From Emiliania huxleyi CCMP1516 (lineage: Eukaryota), in contig NW_005201123.1 in the NCBI RefSeq assembly GCF_000372725.1, positions 124,232 through 188,000 of the forward strand: a DNA stretch of 63,769 bases, read 5' to 3'. Shown here piece after piece: positions 60,596 through 63,769 of this stretch. The position numbers and the translations under genes were made by a program. The notes under the pieces were generated by a model, which did not search any database, was not told the origin of the DNA, and saw nothing but the letters and a program-made list of their open reading frames with translations. How positions within the stretch are numbered: the first letter of the stretch is position 1; each line of letters starts with the position of its first letter.

Positions 60596-61588
60596 TCACG
60601 ACACCTTGGGGCAGACCTCGCTGAGCAGGAACCCGCTCAGCCGCCCCAGCTCATCGAGCTTCCCCATAATCTGGTCTCCGCCGCCCCCTGCCGCGCGCAG
60701 CGCCCTGAGCGCGGCGTCCTCGTCGTCCGCCTCGGGATGAAACCCTTTCTTGAGCGCGTCGTCGAGTCTCGGGTGCATGGGCCTCATGCCTTGCACGACG
60801 TGCGCGTAGATGTCGGGCACCCTCTCCGCCGTCTCCGTGTAACCGACGCAAAGGAAGAACTTGGGATCGATCAGCAGGAGCTGAGCGTTCAAGAGCGCGG
60901 CCTGCGTCGTCATCGTGTGCGCCTCGACGTAGCTGCGATGGGGGGACGGGGGGGGGGGGGGGGGTGAGCCCGCAACAGCGAGCGAGCGAGAGAGGAGAGA
61001 CGCACGGCTTCAGGAAGCGACGCGACAGCGAGCTGATCATCGATGCGGGCGCTCTGTGCATGACCACGATGCGAAGATCGACCTCCGCCGCCTCGGCCGC
61101 TCGCGCGAGACTGACGAGGTTGGGGTGGTACCGCTGGCTCTGGTTGTCCGGGTAGCTGAGCATGCTCTTCCCGCCGGCGCCGTTGAGGCAGTGCAGCGAC
61201 GGGGTCGCGTCCGCAGCAGCCTCTGCGCGCAGCGCCGCGACGAGGCGTCGCTCGGCGTCGTCCGACTGCTTGTCGCTGTACCACATGGATCTGAGCATCG
61301 TGTCTGTGTGGCCGTTCGCGCGCGGGCACGGGCCCCCCGGGCTGCCCCCGAGCGACGAGAACCAGCCGTGGTGACCGGTGCCGCCTGAGGGGTGGGAGGG
61401 GCGAGAGTGAGGAGGCCCGGCAGCGGCGCGCAGCACTCGACAGCACGCCCACACACACACACACCGAGTCCAGCCACGAACAGGAACCGGCTCTGCGCCG
61501 AGGTGGTGTTCTTGGCGATGACGATCGGTCGGCCTGCACGGCACGCCGCCACGAGGGACGCGACGATGATGGAGAGCAAACGGATCAT
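60596..61588 (-). CDS. secreted/Golgi P-loop sulfotransferase-like protein, 2 introns
   Basis: Signal peptide MIRLLSIIVASLVAAC, FLFVAGL|GGTGHH, SYPD...HPNL, LRIVVMHRAPASMISSLSRRF (3'-PB-like), CVGYTE. Confidence 0.6.
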
Positions 61589-61934
61589 AAGAAGTTGGGC
61601 GCGGAAGTTCTGCGGTTTGCGAGCGGTACACGCTAATTCCTCCACACCCCAGTGGCCAAATCCACACTTTTTGTTTTCACACAGGGGATCACAAAACATC
61701 GCGCCTGCGGGCAGCGCGGGCGGCGGGCGTGGGCGGAGAGGTGAGAGGTCGAGAGGTGCGCACCTCTCGACCTCTGGTCCGCCGGGTCGCGCAGAGGTGC
61801 GCACCTCTGCACCTCTACCTCTCGCGCGGCCGTCCAGACCCATGCATGGGAAAGGCGGACCAAGTTCCAGCCGCACGGTGTCTGCTGCGTACACGCTCTG
61901 CACAGATGGCACAGCCCACTGTGCGTGCGGCTGG

Positions 61935-63570
61935 CCGGCTGCCACAGCTGTGACAGCGATGGGCTCGCCCTCACTGGCCCTCAGTCACTTGTGCTGCGGC
62001 TTGTGTGAGCGACACTGCTCGGCGACTGCCGGCACACTGTGAGACCATGGGTGTCAGGTAAAACCACGCTACCAGCGCTTGGTCACATCGGCCCCGAGGT
62101 CAGATTCTTCTACTCTGTTGATGACAACACTTGTCTACTCGCTGGAGCCGAGCAGGAGGGCCCGGCGCACAACCCCTGGTCAACTCACGGTCCAGACCCC
62201 GTATTTATTCCTGTGGGTTGTGTCATCGTGGCGGCCCGCTTGTCGGAGATAGCCGCGCAGCGGCTATGTAGGTTATCCTTCAACGTGAGGAGAGGTGGAC
62301 AGCAAGCAACACCCAAAATACGCGATCCAAATTACTGACTCTGCGCCGAAAGAGCGCGGCCGTCGGCTCGCAGCTTTGGGACGCTTGCTCCAACCCCATC
62401 GTCCGAGTCTTGCGCAATCTCGCGTGAGCCCTGCTCCCAGGCCAGCGGGGCAGGCGCATCACATCGTCGGCGATGGGCCTTCTCGAGACTCGAGCCGACG
62501 TGCCGCCGCACCCAGTCAGTGTTCCGCCACAATGCCGCCGCATGCCGCCGCAATGCCAATTGCAGGTAGCGCAGGAACGTACTGGTGCGGCAAGGAAGAG
62601 GCCGGCCCACATGGGCAGACCTCTATTGGGCACGCCACGTGCACGACAGCATGCAACGTGGCGCCCAGAGAAACAGCTCCCCTCTTGGTCCAGGCTTGTG
62701 AGCCATCTCGAGCGAGCCTACGTGGGCGCGAGGAGGCAATGGACCTCTGGCGCATCACAGAGCTCGAGATGACAAGCGTGGCGGAGCGAGCAGCACAGCC
62801 TGTACAGGCGCTCGCATTGCCAGCCCGCCGCCCCCGCCCTCGCCCCGCCCTCGAGGCTTGATAGCCACCTTCGAGGCCTCTTGGTCAAGGCTTGTGAGCC
62901 ATCTCGAGCGAGCCTACGTGGGCGCGAGGAGGCAATGGACCTCTGGAGGAGGCAATGGACCTCTGGCGCATCACAGAGCTCGAGATGACAAGCGTGGCGG
63001 AGCTAGCAGCACAGCCTGTACAGGCGCTTGCATTGCCAGCCCGCCCCGCCCTCACCCCGCCCCCCCGCCCGCCCGCTGCAATGGGGGGCATTGCGGGGCC
63101 TGCAAGAGACGGCGCTGAGATACACTCAAGATACACTCGAAGATACACTTCGAAGATACACCGGTGGGATGTTATAAAGGTGTATCTTTGAAATGTATAG
63201 TCAAGTGTATCTTTGGCTATCACTCGAACTTTGGACAAGGGAATGGCCCAAAGAGGGGGGCGTGCCGGTCCTTGGCCCTCACGCAACGCCCGGCGCCACA
63301 GCCACGGCTCCACGCCAAACTCGTCGTAAAAGCTCCCAAAGCACTGCTGACACTCGAGGCCTGGGCCTCGAGCGTCCGCCGCGGAGACGGGGTTGTCTAA
63401 GAAGCGCACCCAGCGGGCCGGATGATCGGGATCTCGGGCTACGGGCTAGAGAGCCCTGACCCCTAGGGAGGGGGGTGCGCGTTCGCAGGGAAAGGGCTGT
63501 AAAGTAAACACGGGTCCCCGAGGGTTAGCTCTGCGCTCCGGGTTTCCCTACTCGAGTAGCAGAATCTCCT
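61935..63570 (-). mobile_element. longer member of the repeat family at 17614-18258, with a different ~1.2-kb interior
   Basis: Both ends are homologous to the 17.6-18.3 kb copy. The interior has a ~170-bp direct duplication (about 62682-62850 / 62879-63070) and AGATACAC motifs. Confidence 0.7.
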
Positions 63571-63769
63571 TTTGACCGCGCAAGCAAGATATAAAGGGTG
63601 GCTAAGGGCTCTACCCGCAAGGCGCCCGCGTCGCAGACGCGGTACCATTGACAAATCTGCGATATACCCCCACACGAGCAAATAGCAAAATCCGAATACC
63701 GTGCACGAACTGCGTGATGTGCGCCGGGCAAGCCTTCAGCTGGTGCCAAGACATTCGTAAAATTGAAGC

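Overview
GC-rich eukaryotic nuclear DNA with a 100-N gap at 1494-1593. Short GC-AG and GT-AG introns, TTAGGG repeats and bipartite-looking plastid presequences suggest a haptophyte such as Emiliania/Gephyrocapsa huxleyi (inference). Recognisable genes: an atypical SDR, a DUF6625-like glycosyltransferase, a partly duplicated Mpv17/PMP22 gene, a Cys-less pentameric ligand-gated ion channel, KHDC4-like, SRP54, a WIP/verprolin-like protein with UVR motifs, a BET bromodomain protein, HDC1/Rxt3-like, and several sulfotransferase/glycosyltransferase genes. Intergenic DNA is dense in MITEs and non-autonomous transposons with visible TIRs and TSDs, a DIRS-like RT remnant, dispersed repeats and interstitial telomeric arrays. 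The top finding is a spliced 4-exon gene at 27578-28556 that the ORF track does not show whole. It encodes a probably plastid-targeted 249-aa protein with six 'SEAAAKAxWLASL[DE]xxPSW' motifs separated by Ala/Pro/Ser/Gly spacers. This sticker-and-spacer architecture matches pyrenoid Rubisco linkers (EPYC1, PYCO1), so it is a candidate haptophyte pyrenoid linker. All exon models were made by eye; no database searches were run.
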